Position numbers and translations under genes: made by a program. Below the pieces are notes generated by a model. It ran no database searches and had not been told where the DNA came from. It saw only the letters and a program-made list of their open reading frames with translations. 64,000 nucleotides of DNA from an uncultured Acidobacteriota bacterium (GTDB taxonomy: Bacteria > Acidobacteriota > Vicinamibacteria > Fen-336), in contig CAVRVE010000002.1 in NCBI GenBank assembly GCA_963724555.1, positions 77,005-141,004 on the forward strand, in the 5' to 3' direction. Shown here in pieces: positions 1 to 10,156 of this stretch. Position 1 is the stretch's first letter, and every line of letters begins with the position of its first letter.

Positions 1-802
1 TGGCGGTGCCGAGCTGCTGCGAGCGCGTGCGAAGGCGCTCGATCTCCGCGGGCCTTCCGCCCATGAAGAGGAACTGCGCGCCCGGCACGCCGGGCGTCGC
101 CTCGATCAGCAGCTCCACGCCCTGGTAGGGCTCGAAGTTGCCCGAGTACAGGATCACCGGAGCCTCGCCGAGCCCGAGCTCGCGGCGCAGCGCGGCGACC
201 GCCTCGGGTGCGGGCGGCTCGCGGCGATCGACGAGCGGCGGGTCCTCGACCTGGAACACCGGCAGGCCCGGCGCTCGCCGCTTCACGCCCTCGGTGAGGC
301 TCGTGCACACGGTCACCGCCGCCGCCGCGTGGCGCAGCGCGTGCGCCTCGAGGGTGTCGGCGAGCCAGACGAGCGGCCCGCGCGTCGCGAAGCCGGAGTA
401 GCGGAGCTGGTCCGGGATCGACGAGTCGACGTCCACGACCAGCGGGATGCCGAAGAGGCGGGCGAAGGGCGCGACGAGATGCGCCGACTCCTCGACGGCG
501 TGGACGACGTCGTAGCGGCCGAAGGCCATCCGGGCGACGGCCTCGGCCACGAACGGCCCGTCGAGCAGCATCTTCGCGACGGACGGGCCGGCCTTCACGC
601 GTCCGACCGGCAGCCGCAGGCTCCGCAGGTGTCGCACGCCCGGGCTCGCGACGGCCTCGCCCTGCGGGAAGGTCAGCAGGTCGACGGCGTGCCCGAGCCC
701 CGCGAGCGCGCGGGTGAGGTGGAGCACCGCGAGCGGCGTGCCCCGCACCTCGAAGAACGGCTGCGGCGCGAGGAAGAGGATGCGGAGCCGCCTGTCGCCC
801 AT
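1..802 (-). CDS. Glycosyltransferase family 4 (GT-B), truncated by the window edge
   Basis: Manual translation from ATG 802 gives MGDRRLRILFLAPQPFFEVRGTPLAVLHLTRALAGLGHAVDLLTFPQG, and later ILYSGNFEPYQGVELL, typical of GT4. Absent from the ORF track because it runs off the window. Confidence 0.8.
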   Translation of the reverse strand, partial: MGDRRLRILFLAPQPFFEVRGTPLAVLHLTRALAGLGHAVDLLTFPQGEAVASPGVRHLRSLRLPVGRVKAGPSVAKMLLDGPFVAEAVARMAFGRYDVVHAVEESAHLVAPFARLFGIPLVVDVDSSIPDQLRYSGFATRGPLVWLADTLEAHALRHAAAAVTVCTSLTEGVKRRAPGLPVFQVEDPPLVDRREPPAPEAVAALRRELGLGEAPVILYSGNFEPYQGVELLIEATPGVPGAQFLFMGGRPAEIERLRTRSQQLGTA

Positions 803-870
803 GGTCGTGAGGCAAGGATACGGCACCGAGCGCGATGGACATCGCTCGAGCAGCCGGTGAGAATCCCGCC

Positions 871-2148
871 ATGCCTGATCTCAAGATGCGCGGGGCGGGC
901 CACCACCACTCTCACCACGATCACCCTCACCCCAAGGGGCCGCTCCCGACGCGGCGCGGTTTCCTGAGGCTCCTGATCCCGGGATCGCTCTTCGCCACGC
1001 GCGCGCTCGCGCAGCAGCCGTCGGACCAGGCCGAGGCCTTCCGCCGCAGGTCCGAGGACTTCGAGGCCAAGGGCCTCGCCGAGCCCTTCAAGGGCCTCAC
1101 CGCGAACGGCGAGGTGGCTCCGGGACTCTTCCCGATCCGCTCGACGGGCGTCAGCACCGAGCCGGTGCGGCAGGCGGCCGAGCGGTTCCTCTCCTCGCTC
1201 ACGGCCGAGCAGCGCGCGCGCACGCTCTTCGCGATCGACGCTCCCGAGTGGCGCAAGTGGATGAACCAGCACTTCTACGTGCGCCAGGGCGTGAGCCTCA
1301 AGGAGATGACGGGCGCCCAGCGCGACGCGGCTTTCGGGCTGCTGCAGGCCGCGATGAGCGCCCGCGGCTTCGAGCTCACGCGCGACATCATGCGCCTCAA
1401 CGAGACGCTCGCCGAGCTGACGGGCGACCGCGAGTTCCTGGGCGAGTGGCTCTACTACTTCACGGTCATGGGCACGCCCTCGGCGAGCGAGCCCTGGGGC
1501 TTCCAGCTCGACGGCCACCACGCGATCGTCAACTACTTCGTGCTCGGCGACCAGGTGGTGATGACGCCGCATTTCGCGGGCTCCGAGCCCGTCGCGGCGA
1601 CGTCAGGGAAGTACGCGGGCACGATCGTGCTGCAGGAGGAGCAGAACCGCGGGCTCGCGATGATGCAGGGGCTCACCGCCGCTCAGCGGAAACAGGCCGT
1701 GCTCGAGTTCTCCAAGACGGGCAACAACAACCTGACCGAGGCCTTCAAGGACAACGTCGTCCTCGACTACGCCGGCGTCCCGGTCCGCCAGCTCGCCGGG
1801 GGACAGAAGAAGCAGCTCCTCGACCTCACGGCACTCTTCGTCGGCAACATGGACGACGGGCACGCGCGCGTGAAGATGCAGGAGGTCGAGCGCCACCTCG
1901 ACGCGGCACGCTTCGCCTGGATCGGCGGGACCGAGGCCGAGAGCGTCTTCTACTACCGCATCCACAGCCCGGTGGTGCTGATCGAGTTCGACCACCAGCG
2001 GCCGGCGAACCTGCGCGACCAGGCGGCCGCCGCCCGCGACAAGCCCACCCGCCAGCACATCCACGTCGTGGTCCGCACGCCGAACGGCAACGACTACGGC
2101 AAGGACCTGCTGCGGCAGCACTACCTGTCGCACACGCACGCGGGCTGA
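871..2148 (+). CDS. DUF3500-family protein with His-rich N-terminus and Tat signal
   Basis: TRRGFL twin-Arg motif and ALA cleavage site; PWGFQLDGHH, YYRIHSPVVLIEFD and HIHVVVRTPNGNDYG motifs. GAGAAT lies 6 nt before ATG 871. Confidence 0.8.
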   Translation: MPDLKMRGAGHHHSHHDHPHPKGPLPTRRGFLRLLIPGSLFATRALAQQPSDQAEAFRRRSEDFEAKGLAEPFKGLTANGEVAPGLFPIRSTGVSTEPVRQAAERFLSSLTAEQRARTLFAIDAPEWRKWMNQHFYVRQGVSLKEMTGAQRDAAFGLLQAAMSARGFELTRDIMRLNETLAELTGDREFLGEWLYYFTVMGTPSASEPWGFQLDGHHAIVNYFVLGDQVVMTPHFAGSEPVAATSGKYAGTIVLQEEQNRGLAMMQGLTAAQRKQAVLEFSKTGNNNLTEAFKDNVVLDYAGVPVRQLAGGQKKQLLDLTALFVGNMDDGHARVKMQEVERHLDAARFAWIGGTEAESVFYYRIHSPVVLIEFDHQRPANLRDQAAAARDKPTRQHIHVVVRTPNGNDYGKDLLRQHYLSHTHAG

Positions 2149-2158
2149 CGCGGCCCGG

Positions 2159-2818
2159 CTACGTCGCGCGCGGCTCGCGGTGCCGGTCGACCCAGGCGCC
2201 GACGCCCAGGAACAGCGGCACGAGCAGCAACCCGGCCCAGGCGACGGCGGCCATGCTCGGCGGCGGCGGGGCCGTGATGTTGGCCGCGTAGAGGAGCAGC
2301 AGGGCGCCCGCCAGGGCCGTGAAGCCCCAGCGGCCGATGCGGTCCCTCGGGCGCGTGGCTTCGCGTGCCAGCCAGAGGCCGGTGCCGAACATCAGGACCT
2401 CGACGCCGACCGTCGCGCCCACGTCGTTCCAGAGCCCGAGGCCGAGCTTCGGGCCGCCGCCCGGCCAGAGCGGCATGTCGGGCCGGTGGCTCACGAAGTC
2501 GAGCAGCCAGTGGCTCACGACGAGCGCGGCGAGCACGACGGCGTCGAGCGTCCGGCGCTTGCGCCAGAAGTGGAGCGCGCCGAAGAGCGCCCCCCAGAGC
2601 GCGACGGTCAGGAGGCTGTGCGAGATCGGGTAGCTGTCGAAGCGGAGCGGCGTGAAGGCCGTGTCGCCGGGAGCGATCGTCGCGTGCTCGGCACCCGCCA
2701 GCAGCAGCGGCGGCCACAGCACGTCCGGCAGCTGCGCGGCGGTGAAGAGCGTGCCGAGCGACGTGCGCGGCACGAGCCGCTTCGCCGCGTACGCCGCCGC
2801 GAAGTGGCCGATGAACAC
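2159..2818 (-). CDS. Integral membrane metal-dependent hydrolase-like protein
   Basis: GTG start, FIGHFAAAY...AQLPDVLW...ISHSL...SHWLLDFVSHRPD; multiple hydrophobic helices. Confidence 0.7.
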   Translation of the reverse strand: MFIGHFAAAYAAKRLVPRTSLGTLFTAAQLPDVLWPPLLLAGAEHATIAPGDTAFTPLRFDSYPISHSLLTVALWGALFGALHFWRKRRTLDAVVLAALVVSHWLLDFVSHRPDMPLWPGGGPKLGLGLWNDVGATVGVEVLMFGTGLWLAREATRPRDRIGRWGFTALAGALLLLYAANITAPPPPSMAAVAWAGLLLVPLFLGVGAWVDRHREPRAT

Positions 2819-2829
2819 GCGAAGCGTTC

Positions 2830-3792
2830 CTAGGAGTGGCTCAGGAAGCGCTCGGCGTCGATCGCGGCCATGCAGCCGGTGCCCGCGGCGGTGATCGCCT
2901 GGCGGTAGCGGTGGTCGGTGACGTCGCCCGCGGCGAAGACACCGGGGACGCTCGTGGCGGAGGTGCCGTCGTGCACGAGCAGGTAGCCCTGGTCGTCGCG
3001 CTTGAGCTGGCCTTCGAAGACGCCCGTGTTCGGGATGTGGCCGATCGCCATGAAGATCCCGCCGCAGGCGACCTCGCTCGTCGCGCCGGTCTTCAGGTTC
3101 TTGATCGTGGCGCCGGTGACGCCCTGGCCGGGGCCGCCGTGGATCTTCTCGACCGCGCTGTCGAGCAGCCAGGCGATCTTCGGGTTCCCGTGCGCGCGGG
3201 TCTGCATCGCCTTGCTCGCGCGCAGCTCCTGGCGGCGGTGGACGACCGTGACCTTGTCCGCGAACTTGGTCAGGAAGGTCGCTTCCTCCATCGCCGTATC
3301 GCCACCGCCGACCACCAGCACGTGCTTGCCCTTGTAGAAGAAGCCGTCGCAGGTGGCGCAGGCCGAGACTCCGCCGATCTTGGTGCGGAACTCGAGCTCC
3401 TCGGGCAGGTTCAGCCACTTGGCGCGCGCGCCGGTCGCGACGATCACCGTGTCGGCCGTGACGCTCGAGCCGTCGAGCGTGAGCTGGAACGGCCGCTCGC
3501 CCAGGGCCACGTTCCTGAGCTCGCCGCTCGTGAACTCGGTGCCGAAGCGCGCGGCCTGCTTGCGCATGCGCTCCATCAGCTCCGGGCCCAGGATTCCCTC
3601 GGGGAAGCCGGGATAGTTGTCGACGTCCGTCGTGAGCATCAGCTGGCCGCCGGGCACGTCGGTCGCGTCCTCGCCGCCGCCGCCCTCGACGACCAGCGGC
3701 TGTAGCTCGGCGCGCGACGCGTACACCGCGGCCGTGAGGCCGGCGGGCCCGGATCCAAGGATGACGACGCGGTAATGGCTCTTGCTGGGCAA
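2830..3792 (-). CDS. trxB: Thioredoxin-disulfide reductase
   Basis: GSGPAG FAD motif, VSACATCDG redox CxxC, GGGDTA NADPH motif, AGDV...YRQAITAAG. Confidence 0.95.
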   Translation of the reverse strand: MPSKSHYRVVILGSGPAGLTAAVYASRAELQPLVVEGGGGEDATDVPGGQLMLTTDVDNYPGFPEGILGPELMERMRKQAARFGTEFTSGELRNVALGERPFQLTLDGSSVTADTVIVATGARAKWLNLPEELEFRTKIGGVSACATCDGFFYKGKHVLVVGGGDTAMEEATFLTKFADKVTVVHRRQELRASKAMQTRAHGNPKIAWLLDSAVEKIHGGPGQGVTGATIKNLKTGATSEVACGGIFMAIGHIPNTGVFEGQLKRDDQGYLLVHDGTSATSVPGVFAAGDVTDHRYRQAITAAGTGCMAAIDAERFLSHS

Positions 3793-3822
3793 GTGGGGTC
3801 TCCGATGGGTGTGAGCCCAGTC

Positions 3823-3830
3823 AGTATAAT
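3823..3830. promoter_or_regulatory. Overlapping divergent -10 hexamers (TATAAT on +, TATACT on -)
   Basis: AGTATAAT lies between divergent trxB and the 3837 ORF; TATAAT ends 6 nt before ATG 3837. Confidence 0.6.
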
Positions 3831-3836
3831 CGGGGG

Positions 3837-4073
3837 ATGTCCGAAGCGTCCTCCATCGACGTGTTGCTCGCCACGCTCAACGCGACCGAGCTCGGCAGCC
3901 TCGACGCGATCGCGGAGAAGATGCAGCAGGTCCAGTCGCAGCTCGAGTCGCTCGGCGAGGCCGAGCTGGCGACGGCGGCGCTCTCGGCAGTCGCGGCGCT
4001 TCGCCGGGGGGACGTGACGGAGTGGAAGCGCGGACGCGCCTTCCTGCAGAGCAAGATCGGCCACCTGCGCTAG
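3837..4073 (+). CDS. Small helical hypothetical protein (78 aa)
   Basis: Host-like codon usage; perfect -10 immediately upstream; sits ahead of moxR. Confidence 0.65.
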   Translation: MSEASSIDVLLATLNATELGSLDAIAEKMQQVQSQLESLGEAELATAALSAVAALRRGDVTEWKRGRAFLQSKIGHLR

Positions 4074-4154
4074 GCTTTGAACGACGGGTGAGTCCTTGAA
4101 GCGGGCCCGTGCGTCCGAAGCTGTGGCAGCCGTGTGCTTGGAACGAGAGGGAGC

Positions 4155-5153
<999 letters not shown>

Positions 5154-5206
5154 TCGACGGTCCCGTGACCAGAGCACCAAGGACACAGTGAGCAACGAAG
5201 CAACAA

Positions 5207-5389
5207 GGGGGGCCTGGGGGGCGAAGCCCCCCAGTTCAAGGAAGGAAGCAGCCAGCCTGGCCGTTCTCTCCCTCTATCCAAGGCTGTTGAAGAGCCACGA
5301 GCCGGTGGCTTTGCCCTCCTATCCAAGGCTCTTGAAGAGCCAGCGAGTCCGCGATGGCTCACTTGAAGGAACTCGCCCCGGGGCGAGTT
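5207..5389. repeat. Structured intergenic element: G6/C6 hairpin, imperfect direct repeat and 20-bp palindrome
   Basis: CTGGGGGGC-GAA-GCCCCCCAG at 5214-5234; CTATCCAAGGCT(G/C)TTGAAGAGCCA twice (about 5270-5303 and 5314-5350); AACTCGCCCCGGGGCGAGTT at 5370-5389. Confidence 0.7.
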
Positions 5390-5400
5390 GAGATTCGGCC

Positions 5401-6267
5401 GTGCTAGACCGCGAGACCCTCCGCAAGATCCGGCGCATCCAGATCCGCACCCGGGTGATCCTCGAGTCCGGGATCGGCGGCGCCTATCACGCCGTCTTCA
5501 AGGGGCGCGGGATGGAGTTCGCGGAGGTGCGCGAGTACGCCCCCGGCGACGAGGTGCGCACGATCGACTGGAACGTGACGGCGCGCATGGGCACGCCCTA
5601 CGTGAAGAAGTTCGTCGAGGAGCGCGACCTCACGCTGCTGCTGGTGGTGGACGTGTCCGGCTCGCAGCAGTTCGGCTCGCAGTACCTGCTGAAGCGCGAC
5701 TACGCGGCGGAGCTGGCGGCGGTGCTCGCGTTCTCGGCGGTCGCCAATCACGACCGCGTCGGCGCGGTGCTCTTCTCCGACCGCATCGAAGGCTACGTGC
5801 CGCCGGGGCGCGGCCGCGACCACGCGCTGCGCATCGTCCGCGACCTGCTGGCGCGCGAGCCGCTGGGCCGCGGCACCGACCTCGCGGGCGCCTTGCGCTT
5901 CGCCCAGCGCGTGCTGCGCCGGCGCGGGATCGTCGCGGTGCTGTCGGACTTCCAGGCCGAGGGCTGGGAGCGCGCGATCGGCGTGCTGCGGCGCCGCCAC
6001 GACGTCGTGGCGCTCCACCTCGCCGACCCGCGCGAAGGCGAGGTGCCGGACGCCGGGCTCGTGGCCTTCAGCGATCCCGAGACCGGCGCCCGTATCGTCG
6101 CGGACACCTCGCGCCCCGAGGTGCGGCGCGCGCTCAGGGCGGCGGGCTTTGCGGCGGCGCAGGCCGTCTTCAAGAAGACGCGCGTCGACGCGCTCGCGCT
6201 CTCGACCGGCGAGTCGTACGACCGGCCGCTCTCGGGCTTCTTCAAGGCGAGGGAGCGCCGACGATGA
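5401..6267 (+). CDS. DUF58 domain protein (MoxR-associated)
   Basis: FKGRGMEFAEVREYAPGDEVRTIDWNVTAR, VDVSGS, VLSDF. Confidence 0.92.
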   Translation: MLDRETLRKIRRIQIRTRVILESGIGGAYHAVFKGRGMEFAEVREYAPGDEVRTIDWNVTARMGTPYVKKFVEERDLTLLLVVDVSGSQQFGSQYLLKRDYAAELAAVLAFSAVANHDRVGAVLFSDRIEGYVPPGRGRDHALRIVRDLLAREPLGRGTDLAGALRFAQRVLRRRGIVAVLSDFQAEGWERAIGVLRRRHDVVALHLADPREGEVPDAGLVAFSDPETGARIVADTSRPEVRRALRAAGFAAAQAVFKKTRVDALALSTGESYDRPLSGFFKARERRR

Positions 6268-7249
6268 CGCACGCCCTGGCACTCGTGCTCGCGCTGGTTT
6301 CGACGCAGGCGCGGCGCCGCCCGGCGTCGCGTCTCCCGCGCCGGAGTCGACGCCCGCGTCCCCCGTCAGCGTGACGGCGACCGCGAGCAAGAGCGAGGTC
6401 ACGCTCGGCGAGGCGTTCACCCTCGAGCTCAAGGCCACGGGCCCCGCCGGAGCCACCTACACCTTCGCGGGCGAGGCTTCCGCCGACACGCTCGAGCTCC
6501 GGACGCCGACAGCGCCGGCAGGCGCCGCGGCTGCGCCCGCGGCCGAGCCCGGCACGCACCGGTACGAGGCGACCGTCTTCGCGCTCGGCGAGCTCCAGGT
6601 GCCGCCGATCCCGGTGCGCTACCGGCTCGCCGACGGGACGACCGGCGAAGCGGCCTCCGCGCCGCTTGCCCTCAAGGTGGTTTCGCTGCTGCCGAAGGAC
6701 GCGGCGGAGCAGAAGCTCGCCGACATCCGCAGCCCGGCGGCGGTGGGGGTCGGGGCGCCGTTCTGGATCGCCCTCGGCATCGCCGTCCTGCTCCTCGGCG
6801 CGCTCGCGTTCTGGCTGATCCGCAGGCGCAGGCGCCGCGCGGAGCCGTCCGCTGCGAGCGTGCCGGCCGAGCCGCCGGACGTGGAAGCGCTCCGCGCGCT
6901 CGACACGCTGGCGGCCGAGGGTCTGCCGGGCCGCGGCGAGCTGCGGCCGTTCTACATCCGCCTGACCGCGATCGCGAAGCGCTACCTCGAGCGACGGCTC
7001 GGCGCGCCCGTTCTCGAGATGACGTCGGCCGAGACGCTCGCGTTCCTGCGCGCGCATCCGCACGCCGGCGAGCTGCTGTCCGTCGTGCGCGACCTGGCCG
7101 AGGCGGCCGACCGCATCAAGTTCGCCAAGGGACAGGGCCTCGGGCCCGAGGCCGAGCGGCACCTCGTCTCGGTCCGCGCGCTCGTGCCCGCACTCGAAGC
7201 GAAGCTGAAGCCGCCCGCTGCCGTCGAAGAGGACGGCAAGGCCGCGTGA
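6264..7249 (+). CDS. Bat-operon membrane-anchored protein (BatD-like Ig domain, one TM); frameshift near 6310
   Basis: ATG 6264 overlaps the DUF58 stop; signal peptide MTHALALVLAL; continues in the 6149..7249 frame with a TM and FYIRLTAIAKRYLE...EMTSAE...ADRIKFAK. Confidence 0.75.
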
Positions 7250-8274
7250 TGGACTGGGGCAGCCTCCGCTTCCAGGACCCGGCGTGGCTCTGGGGTGCCG
7301 TCATAGCACCGCTCGTGCTGGTCGCGGCCTGGCTGCGCGAGCGGGACCTCGCGGCCCGCGCCGTCTCGTTCCCGGGTGCGGCGCGCCTGGAGCGCGTGCG
7401 CCCCGGCCTGCGCGTGAGGCTGCGCCACGCGCCGCTCGTGCTCGGAGCCCTGGCGCTCGCCGCCTCGGCCGTGGCGCTCGCGCGGCCCCAGCACGGGTCG
7501 CTCCGCGAGGACGTCACGACGCAGGGCGTCGACATCGTCGTGGCGCTCGACGTGTCGGGCTCGATGGCCGCCGAGGACTTCCAGCCGAAGAACCGGCTGG
7601 AGGTGGCGAAAGAGGTGGTCGCCGAGTTCGTCGGCCGCCGCAAGAGCGACCGGCTCGGCCTCGTCGTGTTCGCGGGCCGCAGCCTGACCAAGTCGCCGCC
7701 GACGACCGACACGGCGGTGCTGCTGCGGCAGCTCGAAGACGTGAAGCTCGAGATGCTGCCGGACGGCACCGCGATCGGCTCGGGCCTCGCGACCTCGCTC
7801 ACGCGCCTGCGCCGCTCGCAAGCCAAGAGCCGCGTGGTGGTGCTGGTGACGGACGGCGCCAACAACGCGGGCGAGATCGACCCGGCCACCGCGGCCGACA
7901 TGGCGAAGGCGATGGAGGTGCGCGTCTACACGATCCTGGTCGGCCGCGGCGGCCGCGTCCCGATGCCGGTGCCGGTCCAGGACCCGTTCACGGGCTCCGT
8001 GCGCAAGCAGACCGTGATGACCGAGGTGCAGATCGACGAGGGCCTGCTGAAGCGGATCGCCGACCGCACCGGCGCCGAGTTCTTCCGCGCCACCGACCCC
8101 GAGTCGCTGCGCCACATCTTCGAGCGCATCGACACGCTCGAGAAGTCCGAGATCAAGCTCGCGGCCTACCGGCGCTACCGCGAGCTCTACCCCGGCGTGC
8201 TGCAGGCGGCCGTGGCGCTGCTCGCCGCCGGCGGGCTGCTGTGGGCGTCGGGCCTGCGCGTGGTGCCCGCGTGA
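7246..8274 (+). CDS. batA: VWA-domain membrane protein, BatA-like
   Basis: ALARPQ, DVSGS MIDAS motif, GTAIGSGL, VLVTDGANN; N- and C-terminal TMs. Confidence 0.88.
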   Translation: MMDWGSLRFQDPAWLWGAVIAPLVLVAAWLRERDLAARAVSFPGAARLERVRPGLRVRLRHAPLVLGALALAASAVALARPQHGSLREDVTTQGVDIVVALDVSGSMAAEDFQPKNRLEVAKEVVAEFVGRRKSDRLGLVVFAGRSLTKSPPTTDTAVLLRQLEDVKLEMLPDGTAIGSGLATSLTRLRRSQAKSRVVVLVTDGANNAGEIDPATAADMAKAMEVRVYTILVGRGGRVPMPVPVQDPFTGSVRKQTVMTEVQIDEGLLKRIADRTGAEFFRATDPESLRHIFERIDTLEKSEIKLAAYRRYRELYPGVLQAAVALLAAGGLLWASGLRVVPA

Positions 8275-10156
8275 TCTTCGAAGCGCCGGCGTGGCTCTTC
8301 GGTCTCGCGCTGCTGCCGCTCGCGGGCATCGCGGCGGCGTGGCTCGGCCGCCGCGACCAGCAGCGGCTCGCGTCCTTCGTCGCGCGCCCGCTCTGGGGCA
8401 GGGTGGTGAGGCGGCCCGACGCGCGGCTCGGCGCGCTGCGCGTGGCGCTGCTGCTGCTGGGCGCGGGCTTCGCGATCGTCGCGCTGGCGCGACCGCAGTG
8501 GGGAATCGTGCGCGAGAAGGTCGAGCGCGAGGGCAAGGACGTGGTGCTGGTGCTCGACACCTCCGGCTCGATGGCCACGGCGGACGTGGCGCCGAGCCGC
8601 TTCTTCCTCGCGCGCCAGGCGCTGCTCGCGCTGATCGCGCGGCTGTCGGGCGACCGTCTCGCGCTCGTGGCGTTCGAGGGCGAAGCCTACCCGCTCGTCC
8701 CGCTGACGCTCGACGCCGACGCGCTCGGCCTCTTCCTCGAGACGGTCGAGCCCGGGATCGTGCCGGCTCCCGGCTCCTCGCTCGGCACCGGCCTCGCCAA
8801 GGGGCTCGACAGCTTCGTCGACAAGGACCGGCGCAACAAGGCGCTGGTGCTGGTGTCCGACGGCGAGGACCTCGCCGGCGACGTGCAGGAGGCGGTGGCG
8901 CGCGCGAAGGAAGCGGGCGTCGTGGTGTTCACGGTCGGCGTCGGCACCGAGGCCGGCCAGCCGGTGCCCGACGTGAACGCCGACGGCAAGGTGACCGGCT
9001 ACAAGCGCGACGAGTCCGGCAACCCGGTCGTCTCGCGCCTCGACATGACGACGCTCGACGCCATCGCGCGCGGGACCGGCGGGCAGTCCTTCCGGATCAC
9101 GCCGGCCGACACCAGCCTCGCGGCGCTCGCGGCGGCGCTCGAGGGCATGGAGCAGAAGGCGCTCGCGCGCGAGTTCTCGTACCGCCGCAAGGAGCGCTTC
9201 CAGATCCCGCTCGCGATCGGCGCCGGCCTGCTCGCGCTCGGGCTGCTGCTGCCGCTGCCGGCGCTGCGTCGCCGCGTCGACGGCTCCCGTCGCCGCGCGC
9301 GCCGCGGCCGCCCTGCTGGCGCTCGCTGCTCGGTGCTGCGCCCGCGCGCGCCCAGTCGCCCGCTCCGGCGGCGCCTTTGCCTCCCGCGAAAGCACCCGCA
9401 TCGCCTGCTGCCGAGGCCCAGAGGCGCGGGACGCTCGCCGACGAGCTGCTGCTCCGCCCGCGCCGCGCGACCGAAGCGGGCCGCGCCGACTACGCGAAGG
9501 GCAGCCATCCGCAGGCGCTCCAGGCCTTCGAGCGCGCGGCGGCCGCGCGCCCGCAGGATCCGGCGGTGCGCTTCAACGTCGCGGACGGCCTCTACAAGAA
9601 CGGCCGCTACGACGAGGCGGCGACGCTCTTCAAGTCCCTGGGCGACGACGCCCAGTCGGGCCTCGCCGGCGCCTCGCGCTACAACCTCGGCAACAGCCTG
9701 TTCCAGAAGCAGGACTACAAGGGCGCGGTGCAGGCCTACCGCGACGCGCTCCGCGCGATGCCCGGCGACGCCGACACGCGCCGCAACCTGGAGCTGTCGC
9801 TGCGCAAGCTCAAGGAGCAGGAAGAGCAGAAGAAGCGCGACGAGGAGCGCCAGAAGAACGACAAGGACCGCAAGCAGGACGAGAAGCAGGACCAGAAGCA
9901 GCAGCAGGACCAGGACAAGAAGGACCAGAAGGGCCAGCAGGGGCAGCAGAAGCCGAGCCCGAACCCGCAGCAGGGGCAGAATCCCAAGCCGCAGACGCCC
10001 GAGGAGAAGGCCGACCAGCGCTTCCGCGAGGAGGCGGGGATGCCCAAGGAGCGGGCGATGCAGCTGCTCGACGCGCTGCAGCAGAACGAGAAGGCGGAGC
10101 AGCAGAAGGCGCTCGCCTTGAAGCGCGCGCAGCGCAAGAAGGGGAAGGACTGGTGA
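8271..10156 (+). CDS. VWA (BatB-like) plus TPR (BatC-like) protein, probably one fused gene; frameshift(s) about 9290-9340
   Basis: GTG 8271; DTSGS MIDAS motif, VSDGED; then in another frame TPR repeats (YNLGNSLFQKQDYKGAVQAYRDAL), a Q/K/D-rich linker and a C-terminal KDW. Confidence 0.78.

Noticed and set aside
4120-4140. Sigma54-like TGGCAG...TGCT upstream of moxR
   Set aside because: GG-to-GC spacing is 9 nt rather than the required 10
5270-5350. Mini CRISPR array from the two palindromic direct repeats
   Set aside because: Only two imperfect copies, about 10-nt spacer, and no cas genes in the window
9820-9990. Repetitive CAG/AAG/GAC tract
   Set aside because: Encodes the usual Q/K/D-rich BatC linker; protein low complexity rather than a DNA repeat element
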